Of a stretch of DNA of 64,000 nucleotides, positions 36,645 through 48,978 are shown piece by piece (the first letter of the stretch is position 1; the number at the start of each line of letters is the position of its first letter). Origin of the DNA: Nemertoderma westbladi. Its lineage: Eukaryota; Animalia; Xenacoelomorpha. The position numbers and the translations under genes are program-made. The notes beneath the pieces are model-generated. The model ran no database searches. It saw only the letters and a list, made by a program, of their open reading frames with translations, and was not told the DNA's origin. The stretch spans positions 1-64,000 of the forward strand of contig JAUCBJ010003252.1 in NCBI GenBank assembly GCA_032718475.1, read 5' to 3'.

Positions 36645-39600
36645 GGACGGTGTTATGCAGAAACCAGTTAACTCAACTTTTGGCGATTTTGAGTTATTAC
36701 CACTATGTAATGGGGGGAACCTTCAAAATTCATATAAAAAATCGTCAAATCACAGAAATCAATTTTTGGCGGGGTTTTTTATTAAAAACGGTTTATGCAG
36801 ATCCAGATATTCCAAAAACAATTAGTCGAAACCAGTTAACTTACTGTTAACTGTTTATGCAGATCCAGATATTCCAAAAACATTTTGTCGAAACCAGTTA
36901 ACTTACTGATTTCACTAATAAACGACCATCTGCACTGATTGGTGAAAGTAACGGTTCCCTATCCTTTGAAACATCTGATTGGATAATTCTTCTAAAACAA
37001 AATAATAGATGATGTCATAACAAATGGAGGTTGATTTAAGTTTAAGGAAAACTGCAAGCAGAATTCCTATTTTAGTATCTACTACAAATCGGTGATTTCT
37101 ACCGGTACAATAGACTGCTGTTTCTTTTACTAAAATAAATCAAATGTCATCCAGAAGGAAGCAGTATTTTACACCTTCTAAGGCGCTGCAATTGGTAATG
37201 CAGACGGAATAACCAGCTTTCACTTTGGGAAATTCTAATAACAGTTTTATATTGGACGAAGAAATTCCTGTTGAATTATTAAATATACATGTGGATGGGC
37301 CAAGTCGAGACAGTGAGCTTGAGATGGTCGGTGAGAGTGATGCAGACTATTTGACTAATGAAGATGAAGAAGCTGATCCTGGTATTGTCGGACATGATAG
37401 TGACCCAGATTATGAACCAGGGGAAGAGCGAGAATCTGATGATGATCTTCCCCTCAGCAGATATGTTCTCAGTGACGTCGTTAGCATCCAAGCAATCAAT
37501 GTCGGTCATGATATTGACCCAGATTATGAACCAGGGGAAGAGCGAGAATCTGATGATTGCGACAGTATATTTTCAGAAGTCAATGGTGAGTCTAGTCTCG
37601 AAAATGAACCGCAGTGCTATCACAACAACCCGGGTGTGGACGATGAAACGCTTATTGGGGCCGCTGGTATAGATCACACTTATTCTGGGCGACCAAAGAG
37701 GGGACGAAAAAGAAAAAATATGTACAATAGAGCAGAATCCAAAAACGGCGAAATAAAAATTTGCCAGTAAAAGAAAATTCCCAAGTAAAGAAATTCGACG
37801 AATGCTATAAGTGCCCAGGTACGAAAAACTGCACTGCGAATTTGAGTGTAAATGAAAGAGAATAAATATTTAATAATTTCTGGGCCCTAGGAACATATGA
37901 GGCTCGATGCGCATATATAAGCGGATGTGTTGAACAGGTTCCTGTGAAGCAGCACACTCAGAAAGCAGGTAGTGGGAATAGAAAACGTGATCACTCGCGG
38001 ATTTACACTCTCTCAGGTGAAAAATTCTGTATGACCTGCTTCCTCAAGACTCTCCAGATTAATCAGGCGAGGGTTGATGTTGCACTGGCCAAGAAAATCG
38101 ATCACGATTTTAAAGACAAGCGAGGTGACCAGCAGGGTGCAAAGAATAAGCGCACTGATGAAGCGATTTCAGATGTCAGGAAACATATAGATAGCTTTCC
38201 AAAATATTCCTCGCATTACTGCCGAAAAGAAACTGATGCTAAATACTTGTCACCAGAACTAAGTTTGAATAAGATGTATGATCTTTATAAGGATTGTGAA
38301 GGTTTCAAAGTCGGCATATAAACGAGTCTTTTACTCTGATTTCAATTTGAGATTCAAATCTCTCAAAAAAGATACTTGCCAAACCTGTGATGTCTTCAAA
38401 GTTCGAATAGGAGATACAAAGGACAATGACTTTATTAAGGATGAACATAAACGTCATTTGGATTTGGCGGCTCAGAGGCGTGATTATATGAAGAATGATA
38501 TAATGAAATCTAAGGACTGTGAAGACACTGAAACGTTTACCTTTGACCTCCAATCTACATTTTCACTTCCGAAAATACCAACTAATGTTGTATATTACAA
38601 GAGGCAGCTGTCTTTCATCAACCTTGGCATTCATTCAGGAAGGGATAATAAGGGTTATTTTTATTGCTGGTTGGAGAGCGAAGCTGGTCGCGGAACCCAG
38701 GAGATTGGGTCCTGTTTGATGTCGCACTTTACAACTTACCTCACACCCAAAACTAAACATATAATTTTATGGTCGGATTCCTGTGGCGGCCAAAACAGAA
38801 GCATCAAGGTTGTATATCTTCTTATGTATTACCTGCAGAACTCGAAGCAGTTGGAAACAATTACGTTGAGATATTTAATTTCTGGTCACAGCTATTTGCC
38901 CAACGACCAAGAGTTTGGTGATGTGGAATGTGCATCAAAATATTGTGAGCGCCTTTACACAGATGAGGATATAATTCGAGTAATGGAACATTCTAGAAAA
39001 ACTAATAAATTTTCTGTTCACCGAATGGACCCCAAAGAGGATTTTGTGTCTGTGGAAACTTTATTGGATGGTATGGTTAATCGAAAAGACACAGCAGAAA
39101 AAGTCAGAGTAAACTGGCTGAAAACCTTCGACATTAAGCTGTGTAAGGAAGGATAAGCCATACATTGTGGACATGGATGGTTTAGAAGTAAATCATGAGT
39201 AGCGCAAAATACGTGGGCGCCCAAGCTTTGATGTCTTTGGTAACATGTTACCAAAGCTGTGGCCTGCTGGAAAGTCCATCACACATGGTAAACATCAAGA
39301 TCTGAAATTTCTTCAGAAATTCATCCCAGCTGATGCCAAGGACTTTTACAGGAAAGTGCTGAAACTAACTGCTGACCATCTAGTTGATGGAGAAGACTTC
39401 ATAGATGATCCGCCTGAGGAAGATACTGTGGAATAGTATAGCAGATGAAACTAACATCTAGAATAGAATCGATTAATGTTTGATAACTGTTTTTTACCAA
39501 TTATTTGTTCATATAATTCATATAGTGTAGAAAGCAGTTAAAAAATTAAAATTCACTTTTCTCTGCAAAAACACCACTTTTTTCCAATATTTTTGTTCAG

Positions 39601-39758
39601 AAAGATAGATTCAGCATTCCAGAATTGCTAGAAAGTATTCTTGTCCCTATGCAACCGGTAATATAAGTGGTGGATTTTTTTGAAGTTGAAAAAACTTTAA
39701 ACTGGATTTTCTCAGAACTATAAAAATGGGGTTAACTGGTTTCTGCCTAACACCGTCC
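36645..39758 (+). mobile_element. Sola1-type DNA transposon with a decayed transposase (about 37144-39436)
   Basis: ~29-bp TIR ggacggtgtta(t/g)gcagaaaccagttaac; 4-bp TSD AGAT at 36641-36644 and 39759-39762. Transposase motifs SHYCR, DTCQTCD, FDLQ, YYKRQL, WLESEAGRG..EIGSC, WSDSCGGQN, GHSYLPND; several stops and frameshifts. Confidence 0.88.
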
Positions 39759-40256
39759 AGATAATAATCAACTACGCGTAGCCACGTCGTGTTGCGGTTG
39801 CGTTCCCTCCCCCCCCCCCCCCGCAGTTCCTCATCGTATCGCTTCGTATCATATTGTCCTTCCGGTCGTTGCCCCTCTCTTATATTATTATTATATTACA
39901 CATACTAATAAGCAAACTATATAAAGCTAGTTCTACGCATGGCAACATGTCATTCCATCTGTCACGCTCGCACACACACCATGAATACACTACACTACAC
40001 TGTATCTATTATACTGAACTTTTTTGCGGTTATTGATTACAACTCAATAATTCCTCCTATTTCATTCCCAACAATCAATAATTGTACACGTATTTCCATC
40101 AACCAACCAACCACATGTAGCATATTTTCTTATTCGCTGTTTAAGTCCGCTGTCTATGCCACATATTTGTTGCTTACGTGTTCTGTTCAGAAATTATATA
40201 TATAACTGAATGTTTTAATTAAAATTTATCATTTGTAATTTTCATGGTAATAAATT

Positions 40257-42430
40257 TGTAAGCGGATTCAATACCCTGCACTACCCACCAAAAATGGGCT
40301 TAGTGGCATTTTACCAATTATAGTTGGGAAGGTGACATTACCAATAATAATGTCACCTCATAACCAACTTAGGCGATACACATCGCCAGCCACAAAGAAA
40401 GTTGAGAGGTCAAACCATCTCAGAGGGTTAAAGGGGCTAGCAGGGGTTAGTACGTGGGGACAGTGGCAACAGGGAGTGGCGAGGTGACAATTAATCAGGT
40501 TGGCCAATGATGGGAGGGGAAAACAGATTGGGAGTGATTAGAACGCATCTACTGGCCAGGCCACTCAATACTGTAGCAGTGATTAATATGTGTTAATATA
40601 ACCGTTGCACTTATTGATTCTGATTCAGTTGGTATCTATACAGTTGTGAGACTGGAATGGTTTTAACCATCGTCATTTACTGTGCTGTTATATTCTGATT
40701 GTGCTATTACATTCTGACATTACGAACGACTGCTACTAAAACTCAGTTATTCAAACGGCCTTCGGCCTCACATCTCAGACATTGCCAGCAGCCTTTCAGC
40801 AGCCCACAGACGCGGCGACGCGTATACACAAACACATCCGGTTGGGATTCCCTCACCAACTCATGAATCCCTTCACAGTTAAAAACCGCCAACAAGTCAA
40901 CATCCAGCTACAAATAAACTGTGACCACAACCAGCACCAACATGAGCGATCAACAAACGCCCCAGGGTTCGGAGAGGGATGGAAGTCTGCCGCGAACCCC
41001 GAGCGACAGAGACGAAACGATTCAGGAAGCAGTGACGAGGCGGTACTGGCCCAACACACCGGATTTGCCAATGAGGTACGCTCCGGTCGTTGAGGAGGAG
41101 GGCGGCTGAGTACGAGGAGGAGATGGGAATGAGTCGACGCGAGATCAGAGCGTCAAACGAGGTACCGAAGTCGGCGCCCAACCAGTGGTCGAGGGCGGCG
41201 AACGGCCCACTGGAACAGCAATGGTGGGGCCGACGGTACGGCGACGGACGAGGAGGGAAGGTCAAGTCCAAGAGGAAGACATTGGGATGAGCGATCGCCT
41301 ACGATGAGGGTACAACGCCACCAGGAAGTTGTTGAAGGACGCTAGAGAGGGAGGAAAGGTAGACCAGCCCAAGTTGTACCGGAGGCTAGGTGAGTGCAAC
41401 AAACATTTTCGCTACCTAGTCCGATTTGGGCAGGGGGAACTAGCAAGTGCGAGGGTGGTCGCCACTGAACTGTTCGAATTGTGGCATCCAAGGTGGTGGC
41501 GGCTAGTGTGGTGTACGTAGGGCCCTATCTAGTAGATGCGAGGGGGATTAAGTTAGTGGGATGGGCGGACCCGCATGACACCGAACCCGAGGTTAACCCC
41601 GAAGATTTGGTGTCATCGGTTAGTAGGAATGCTAGTAAGCATGGGAAAATTAGTAGGAGGAACGGGCGACGGGAGTCCGTTGCAACCGAAAAGTCCTCTA
41701 CATCCTCCATGAAAGCAAGAAGGTGTTAGAGGTAGACATCGATCATCAGCTAGACATAGTCGCGCTGGATCAAAAGGAACTACAGAGACAGCTGGATGAG
41801 GGCACTGCGTTGCTAGAAAGGGAAAGGGAACTAGCGAGAGAGTGTAAATAGAGGGCCGAGAGGGTGGCGAGAAACTATAGAGAGCATTATGAGAGAGAAA
41901 TGAGTGAGCGCAAAGAGCGGGAGACAAGGGAAGAGAATGAGCGCAAAGAACAAGAGACGAGGGAAGAGAACAAGCGCAGAGAGCGGGAAGCGAGGAGAGC
42001 TGAGAGGATTGAGAGAGAAGTGAACGAGCGCAGAGAGTGGGAGGCGAGAGAGGCAGAGTAGCCGAGCAGGGTATTAGAGAGGATAGAGAGAGAGAGAGAG
42101 GGCGGGTAAACGAATGCGGGATGATATGCATACCCAGTTGAGGGGGTTAATGTAGTATCAGGCGAAGCAGAAACGCCGATTAGAACTGGCAAAAATGGGT
42201 TTATCAGAAAGCAAGGCTGGTTCGGGAAGTATTTGAGGAACCAGGGGTGATGGAAACCTTTGTTAATACCCCACTTACAGGTACCAGACGACAGACCCAG
42301 AATTGGTGTGGGGGGGGGGGGGGGGGGGGGGGTAACGACAATACGTTCAATGAGAACGTTGATATTAATAGTACCGTAGTATATAACCCTAATACTATGA
42401 AACATTTCTTGCAGGACCATAGTAGATAAC
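40257..42430 (+). mobile_element. Possible decayed LTR-retrotransposon 5' region (LTR-like segment + gag-like E/R-rich coiled-coil)
   Basis: TG-started segment followed by GC-rich broken ORFs with an ERKERETREEN-type repeat (41864-42061). No diagnostic catalytic motif. Confidence 0.3.
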
Positions 42431-42478
42431 CCTAATACTAATGAATGAATAATATTTTGGTTAATAATAATGTCGATA

Positions 42479-43080
42479 CTGGCAGAGAACTTTCAAAGTT
42501 ACTGTCAAAATTTTGATCTTTCTGGAGTTAATAAAAAGACCAACACTAGAAGCAGCATGTTCTAATGAGCTGAGGAGCCATTGGGCTCCCTCTAGTGATT
42601 CTGAGAGTACTCCTAAGTCATCAGCAAAGTCTAGATCAGTTAGGTACTTGGCAGGATTTCCTCAACTTCTGGAGCCAGTAGGTGGAGTTATCATCACCCC
42701 ATCATCATTATGATGATCTAAGGACATGCGTAGAACATAGTCAACCACAATTATGAACAAGAATGGTGCAAGTGTGTCTCCCTGGAGGACGCCCCATAAC
42801 ACTTCAAATGGTTCTGTGTCACCATCAACAGTAGACACAAATGTTGTCAAACCATCGTATACTGATCTGATTGCTGCAATAATTTCATCAGGAATCCCAT
42901 ATAATGAAAGTATGCTGAACATACGTGAACGAGAGACTGAATCAAAGGCCTTGAAGAAGTCAACAAAGATAACAGCCAGATGCCTGTCTTTCTTTTTTGA
43001 TAACTCTTCAATTATCCTTCTAAGTGCCAAAATGGGCTCCATGGTCCCACGACCTTTACGGAACCCATTCTGATTCACCA
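42479..43080 (-). mobile_element. RTE family B internal RT fragment
   Basis: Near-identical reverse complement of about 31883-32478. Confidence 0.92.
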
Positions 43081-45521
43081 TTGAATCAAACCATGTTAGT
43101 TTCAAGCTTTTCAGCCAGTATCATGAATAACCAATATGTCGAAGTGCATGGACTGCTGATAAACTCTGTCCGACAATGAGACAAGTGAAGGTTATTAAAT
43201 TCCCTCACCATCTTACCAATATTGCAAACTTTGCTGATGATTTTGATGTAGGTGAGAGGGATATTTCCATACTTATAGGAGCTGATCAGATCTGGTCCAT
43301 TACTGGTGAAGCCTATAAGTATCCGAAATGTCCAACAGTTGTTGAAACATTTTTTGGCACAGTTCTTTCTGGTCCATTCTTCGGTTCTGTTTCTAATATT
43401 AACAGCATCTATCCATCTTTGTTAATATCTGAACCAAGCAATGTGACACAACCTTGGAACCTGGAGTCAGTCACTCAACTTTGGAATCTGGAGTCAGTTG
43501 GAATCAAAGAACAGGAAGTTAACTGTGCACCTTATCCTCCACCTGTGGTCTCTACTCCACATTCAGAACCCTCCACATTATCAAGTAAGATTACCATTTA
43601 AGTGTAATAAACGACCATCCTCTAATTATAACAGGGTAATTCCACAACAAAAGAAAATGTTATTATCTCTTTCTTCCAATGAATGTAGTATTTATAATGA
43701 AAAGTTTGCCAAGCTTATTTCCCAAAATATAATTGAACCAGCAGCAATAGATAATGATGTCGGATTTTTCCTTCCACACCATTTAGTTTTCAGTTCAAAT
43801 AAGTACCGTATTGTGTTTAATGGATCAGCGTGTAATTCTGAAGGTGAAAGTATAAACTCGTGCCTAGACCCTGGTCCAAATCTCCTAGCATCAATGGTTG
43901 ATGCTCTGTTACGAGTTCGATTGCATCCTTATATGATAGTTGCTGATATTGAGGCAGCCTTTCATCAGGTCGAAATCCATCAGGATGATAGACAGTGGGT
44001 TAAATTAATGTGGAATGGTAAAGCCTATCAATTTAAATATTTACCCTTTGGTATAGCACCTAGTTCGTTTTTATTACATTCCACTGATTTATTTCATGTC
44101 TTAAAACAAGATCAACCAGATTTTCAGAACCGATTTATTGAGTCTATATATTGTGATGATGTACTTTATAGTCATGATAATCAGTTACAGGCTGAAAACT
44201 TCCTAAGAAATGCTATTTCTATGTTGGCAAATGCTGGAATGAACCTTAAACCAGTCACTAACCCTAAAAAATTATTAGGTGTATCATGGGATTCACCCAA
44301 GATGTAATATTTGTTGACATATCTCATCTGAAATTACCTACTAGCTTTACCCGCCGAGAGTTGGTAAAGATGTCTGCTATGGGAATCTGGGGAAGGATGG
44401 AATGCGACAGTTTCAGAACCTCTGCAATGTCAATGGTCAAAGTGGTTGTCAGAGGCTGGAATGGTAATATATTTCCCATGCTGTGTTTGCTTTTCTCAGG
44501 ATTGTTCCATACACATATTCTGCGATGCTTCTTCTTCTGCCTATGCATTTTTGGCCTATATAGCTCACCCCTATAGAGTACCAATATTGTTCTATGGGAA
44601 ATCTAGTAGAGGTGCCCCATGCAAACCAGGTCTTTCAACAACCCGCCTTGAGCTTATGGCTTGCCAACTGGGTAGTCGATTTGCCAACCTTATTAATAAG
44701 GAGATATGTAAACCTTATAGGATGCATCTGGGCAATTCCATGGAAAATGCACCTGAGAGTCATTTTTTGAAGTTTGTCCTTTTGAGAAAATTTTTGGTGC
44801 ATTTTGTAGCTTAAACATTCTACTTTATCGACAATACAGCCAAAAATCTGTAATTCCAATGCTGAATCTGCAATAGCTCAGAGAAAACGCGACTAAAATT
44901 CATGTAAAATTTGTCCATGTATCCTCAAAAATGTCTTAGAACACATTTGAGTATATTTTATTACAGTTTAATATTTTCGTGTGAATTTTTTTTTATGTGT
45001 TTTTTCACGTTTTCTTCTACCCACAGAGACCTAATATTGGATGTTTAAGTTTCAGTTTGAGCTATCTACGACCCTTCAAACAATACTGATTTTTACAAAA
45101 TGTATATGTTACGACCGTGACAAAAACGCCGAATTGTTTGCATTACTCTAAGAGTTTTAACAACTATTGGCGGGAAATTTAAACCATGTTACTTTGATAT
45201 ATTCGCTATTGCATAAAGGAAATCACCTACTGCTGCAGTGTAAACTTTTGTCGTGATTGATCATTCTTTTTGGTTACGCCCCGTGACATTCCTTGTCACG
45301 AGCGTAACGCAATGAAAATCGGTTACGACCCTGACATATGGTTAGGATTTATATATAGACCTACCTGCAGTACTTTCTTGTTATTACTGGTGCACTCATA
45401 GTCGGTAGTCAGTCATTTAATAGGTAAGTAGGTAAGGTACCGCCGGTAGGTCAATTACTCGGCTCGTAACTGCTTTAACATTTACAGAATGTTTTGTATT
45501 AACTAATAGCGTTAATAAATT

Positions 45522-48500
45522 ATGCAGTATGAATCCCAGAATGACAGGCGCTGCGAGACAGAAAAAGTACAGGGAATCAAACAAAGCTTACCAGCAGAGA
45601 GAAAGGGTACGAGAGATACGGAGCTGCAAAAATTAGAAATGCAAAGATTAGAAACTCCTGTCAATGGAAGCTACAAAAATAGCAGAACACTTGGAAAAGC
45701 AGTTTCTCGAACTCGTGATTCCCTTCCTTCATCACCCAGAAAGCGGACAGCTGTCGTTAGTAAACTTGCCATGTTGTTTGGTATAAATAATACAGCTAAA
45801 TTACAAGACAGTTCCATTACTACCAGGAGTAGTAAGATAAATGAAGACAAGATAGAAAACTTTTATAGACGTGACGATGTAAGTCGTCAAGCCCCTGGAA
45901 TGAAAGATGTTAAAACTATTTGGAAAAATGGCATCAAAGAGAAATATCAAAAAAGATATTTAGAGCACAAACTGCAAGAGGTAGGTATTATTAGATTTCT
46001 ATTTTAACTATATTTAGCAAGAATATATAGTGTTAAATTTCTGAATTATTGTAGGTCCTAACTTAACCCTCTGGCATTTTTTCTTTTTACTACTGAACGT
46101 AATTTTCGCGGGGGGGGGGGGGGGGGGGGGGTGGGGCATTTTATAAATTTTTCGTTTTAAATTCATTATCTTGGCTGAAAAAATTATAAAATTATTGGAA
46201 AATTTATGTGTTATACCTAATTAATTAATATATGGCGAATCGAATTGTCGCAATTTTGAAACCTTGCAGTGAATTGGGATGTCATTTTTTGTCAATTGAA
46301 AATGTTCAGCACTTTTAAGAAAATTGAAATTTTTCATATTTCACTATATTTTTTTTTCTTAGTTTAATTCACTCATTTTTAAAAATATTAGTGAGAAAAA
46401 GCGGTTTTTTCAAATAAAGGACTATTATTCAATAAAAAAAAAGTAATGCGGAAAACACCGGTTTTTTTCACTCATTTTCAATTTAGCGAAATTCAACTAT
46501 TCTACCCGAGTGGTTGAGTTTTACACGAGTTGGCAAGTTTTTAGAAAGTTTCTAGAAGTTTCTAGAGTGCCAACGAGTGGAAAACTCAACACACGAGGGC
46601 AGAATATCTGAATTTCGCTGAAGAAAATGAGTGGAAAAGGGGTGTTTTCCATTACGTTTTTATATCGAATATATTGTTTTATTTGAAAAAAATACCATAA
46701 AAATTATCACTCTTTATGTTTACGTATAATATAAGTATATTTTAAAAAATTTTAAAACTAGTGAAAAAAATTAAAAAATTAGTGAAAAAAAGTCTTTTTC
46801 ACTAATTTTCAGAAAAATTGGTGAAAAAGTCTTCTTTTCACTAATTTTCAAAAAAAATAGTGAAAAAAAGTCTTTTTTTTCACAAATTTTCTGGAAATTA
46901 GTGAAAAAAAGTTAGTTTAATTCACTCATTTTTAAAAATATTAGTGAGAAAAAGCGGTTTTTTCAAATAAAATTATTTACTTATTACAGGGGAAAAAAAG
47001 TATAACTTTTTTCACTATTCTCGAGGTATTTTATTTACCGAGCGCCAGCGAGGTTAATAAAGGGAAAGGAAAGGGAAAGGTTAATAAAGAATATTGAAAA
47101 AAATTGTTCTACTTTTTTTCCCATGTAATACGTAATTTTATTCTTAAATATCGGTAGATACTCAGATTATCTCATACTATATCCTGCCATTTTCCTTAGG
47201 TTTATGATATGTATCGAGAAGAATTTCCAGGTGAAGAGGTTGGATTTAGTAAGTTTGCTAGTTTACGACCTGAAGAAGTATTGCTATCGGCTAACATACC
47301 TTTAGATGTTTGCTTATGTCAAATTCATGAAAACTTTTTAAGTTTGGTGGCAGTATTGATACCAGACTGCCCCTATAATCGTGAATGGGTTACTAGGAAT
47401 TTAATTTGTTCAACTCCTACTGAAAAGTGTTTCGAAAGCACTTGTGAAAAATGTTGTAGAAGAAAGAAACTGGAAGAAAAATTGAAGGGAGATCCGGATG
47501 AAACTGTATCCTATCTTGTTTGGGAACGAGTTGGTAATCGTGTTAGTAAATTTGAAAAGTCCGGAACGTATTGTGATTTGAAAGATAAATTGTATGATTT
47601 ACTTCCACAGTTTCTAAAACATTATTTCATTAAACATTGCCAACAAGCAGCATACATTGAGGATAAGGCAGTTTCAAGTTCAAATCATGTTGTGGTTCAT
47701 GTTGATTTCAGTGAGAACTATACGTGTACTTATCAAAGGGAGATTCAAAGTGCACATTGGTGTCAGAACCAGGTAACCTTGTATACAGGATGTGTATACA
47801 AAAGTAATGTTCCTTTACCATACTGTGTTGTCAGTGACCCAACAACACATGATAAGGAGACTGCAGTTACATACTTGTGTTGCATATTGGATTCTGAGAT
47901 TGATGACAAAGTAACCAGCCTAAGTATTTGGTCGGATGGACCTTCCAGTCAGTTCAAAAATAGGTACATTGTGTATATGATACCAAAAATCGTAACGAGG
48001 TACAGGCTTAAGAAGCTCACTTGGAATTACTTTGCCACCTCCCATGGCAAGGGCGCGGTCGACGGGCTTGGAGGTGCCCTAAAGAGAACTGTTCGATGTG
48101 TAGTAAAACAAGGGAAAGTTATTGTGAAGGATGCGGACTCTTTCATAAAAGCAACCAAGTATAATCAAACCTCTAAAGTCAAGACCATTATATTTAATGG
48201 TGATCCTTCAGAGGATTTCAAAGATATTTTCACGGGGCTTCAGTCAGCACCAGAAGTTTCCGGGATATCGACCTATCATTCAATCACCTGTAAGTCGTCT
48301 ATTTCTCAGCTAGACTTTAGGGAGTACAGAGATTACAAAGAGCACAAGCACATTAACATACACAAGCACCCCACCATGCAAGCACATAAGCACACTAACA
48401 GTAGTTTAGAAGTTATCCCTGTGGGTCATATTCAAACATCTCAGGTGGGTAATCTATCAACACCTGTTAATGATCCTCTATTGTCTTCCACAATGGAGGA

Positions 48501-48978
48501 TATCCATCAATCATCTCCGGTTAATGATCCACTATTGTCTTCCACAATGGAGGATAGTCATCAATCATCTCCGGTTAATGATCCTCTATTCTTCTTCCCA
48601 GTAGAGATTCCAGAAGAAGAGATCATAGGACCCGTGTCGCCACATTCATCTAACAACAACAGTTTAGATAATTCTGAACCCGGTATTAAACCGCCTGATG
48701 TTGGTGTCTGGGTCGCAGTTGCCTTTGAAGAACAATTTTATATCGGCAAGGTAGAGAAAATAGTGAACAACCAGGTAGAGGTTAATTCCATGCGTTCATT
48801 AGGTCTAAATCGGTACTGGTGGCCTCCAAAATCCGATTGGATGCGATTTGATTTCTGCGATAATACTTTCCTAGCGACTTTGATGTCACCACCGGAGCCA
48901 GCTACTGCTCACCATCGAGTATATGTCATACCTGCAACTGAATACCGTCGTATTGTTGACTTATATCTCCAAATTTGA
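45522..48978 (+). CDS. Sola2 transposase, spliced (45522-45980 + 47200-48978), about 745 aa, apparently intact
   Basis: GAG|gtaggt and ccttag|GTT give a phase-0 join (LQE-VYDMYREEFP). Motifs GFSKFASLRP, CLC..HEN, DFSENY, EIQSAHW, WSDG..SQFKN, FATSHGKGAVDGLGG. No stops. The true start may lie on an upstream exon. Confidence 0.85.
46420..47140. repeat. Palindromic MITE-like inserts in the Sola2 intron
   Basis: Hairpin at about 46420-46680 (ggaaaacacc...ggtgttttcc, centre near 46555); second inverted repeat at about 46980-47130; ~60-bp direct duplication at about 46360 and 46913. Confidence 0.65.
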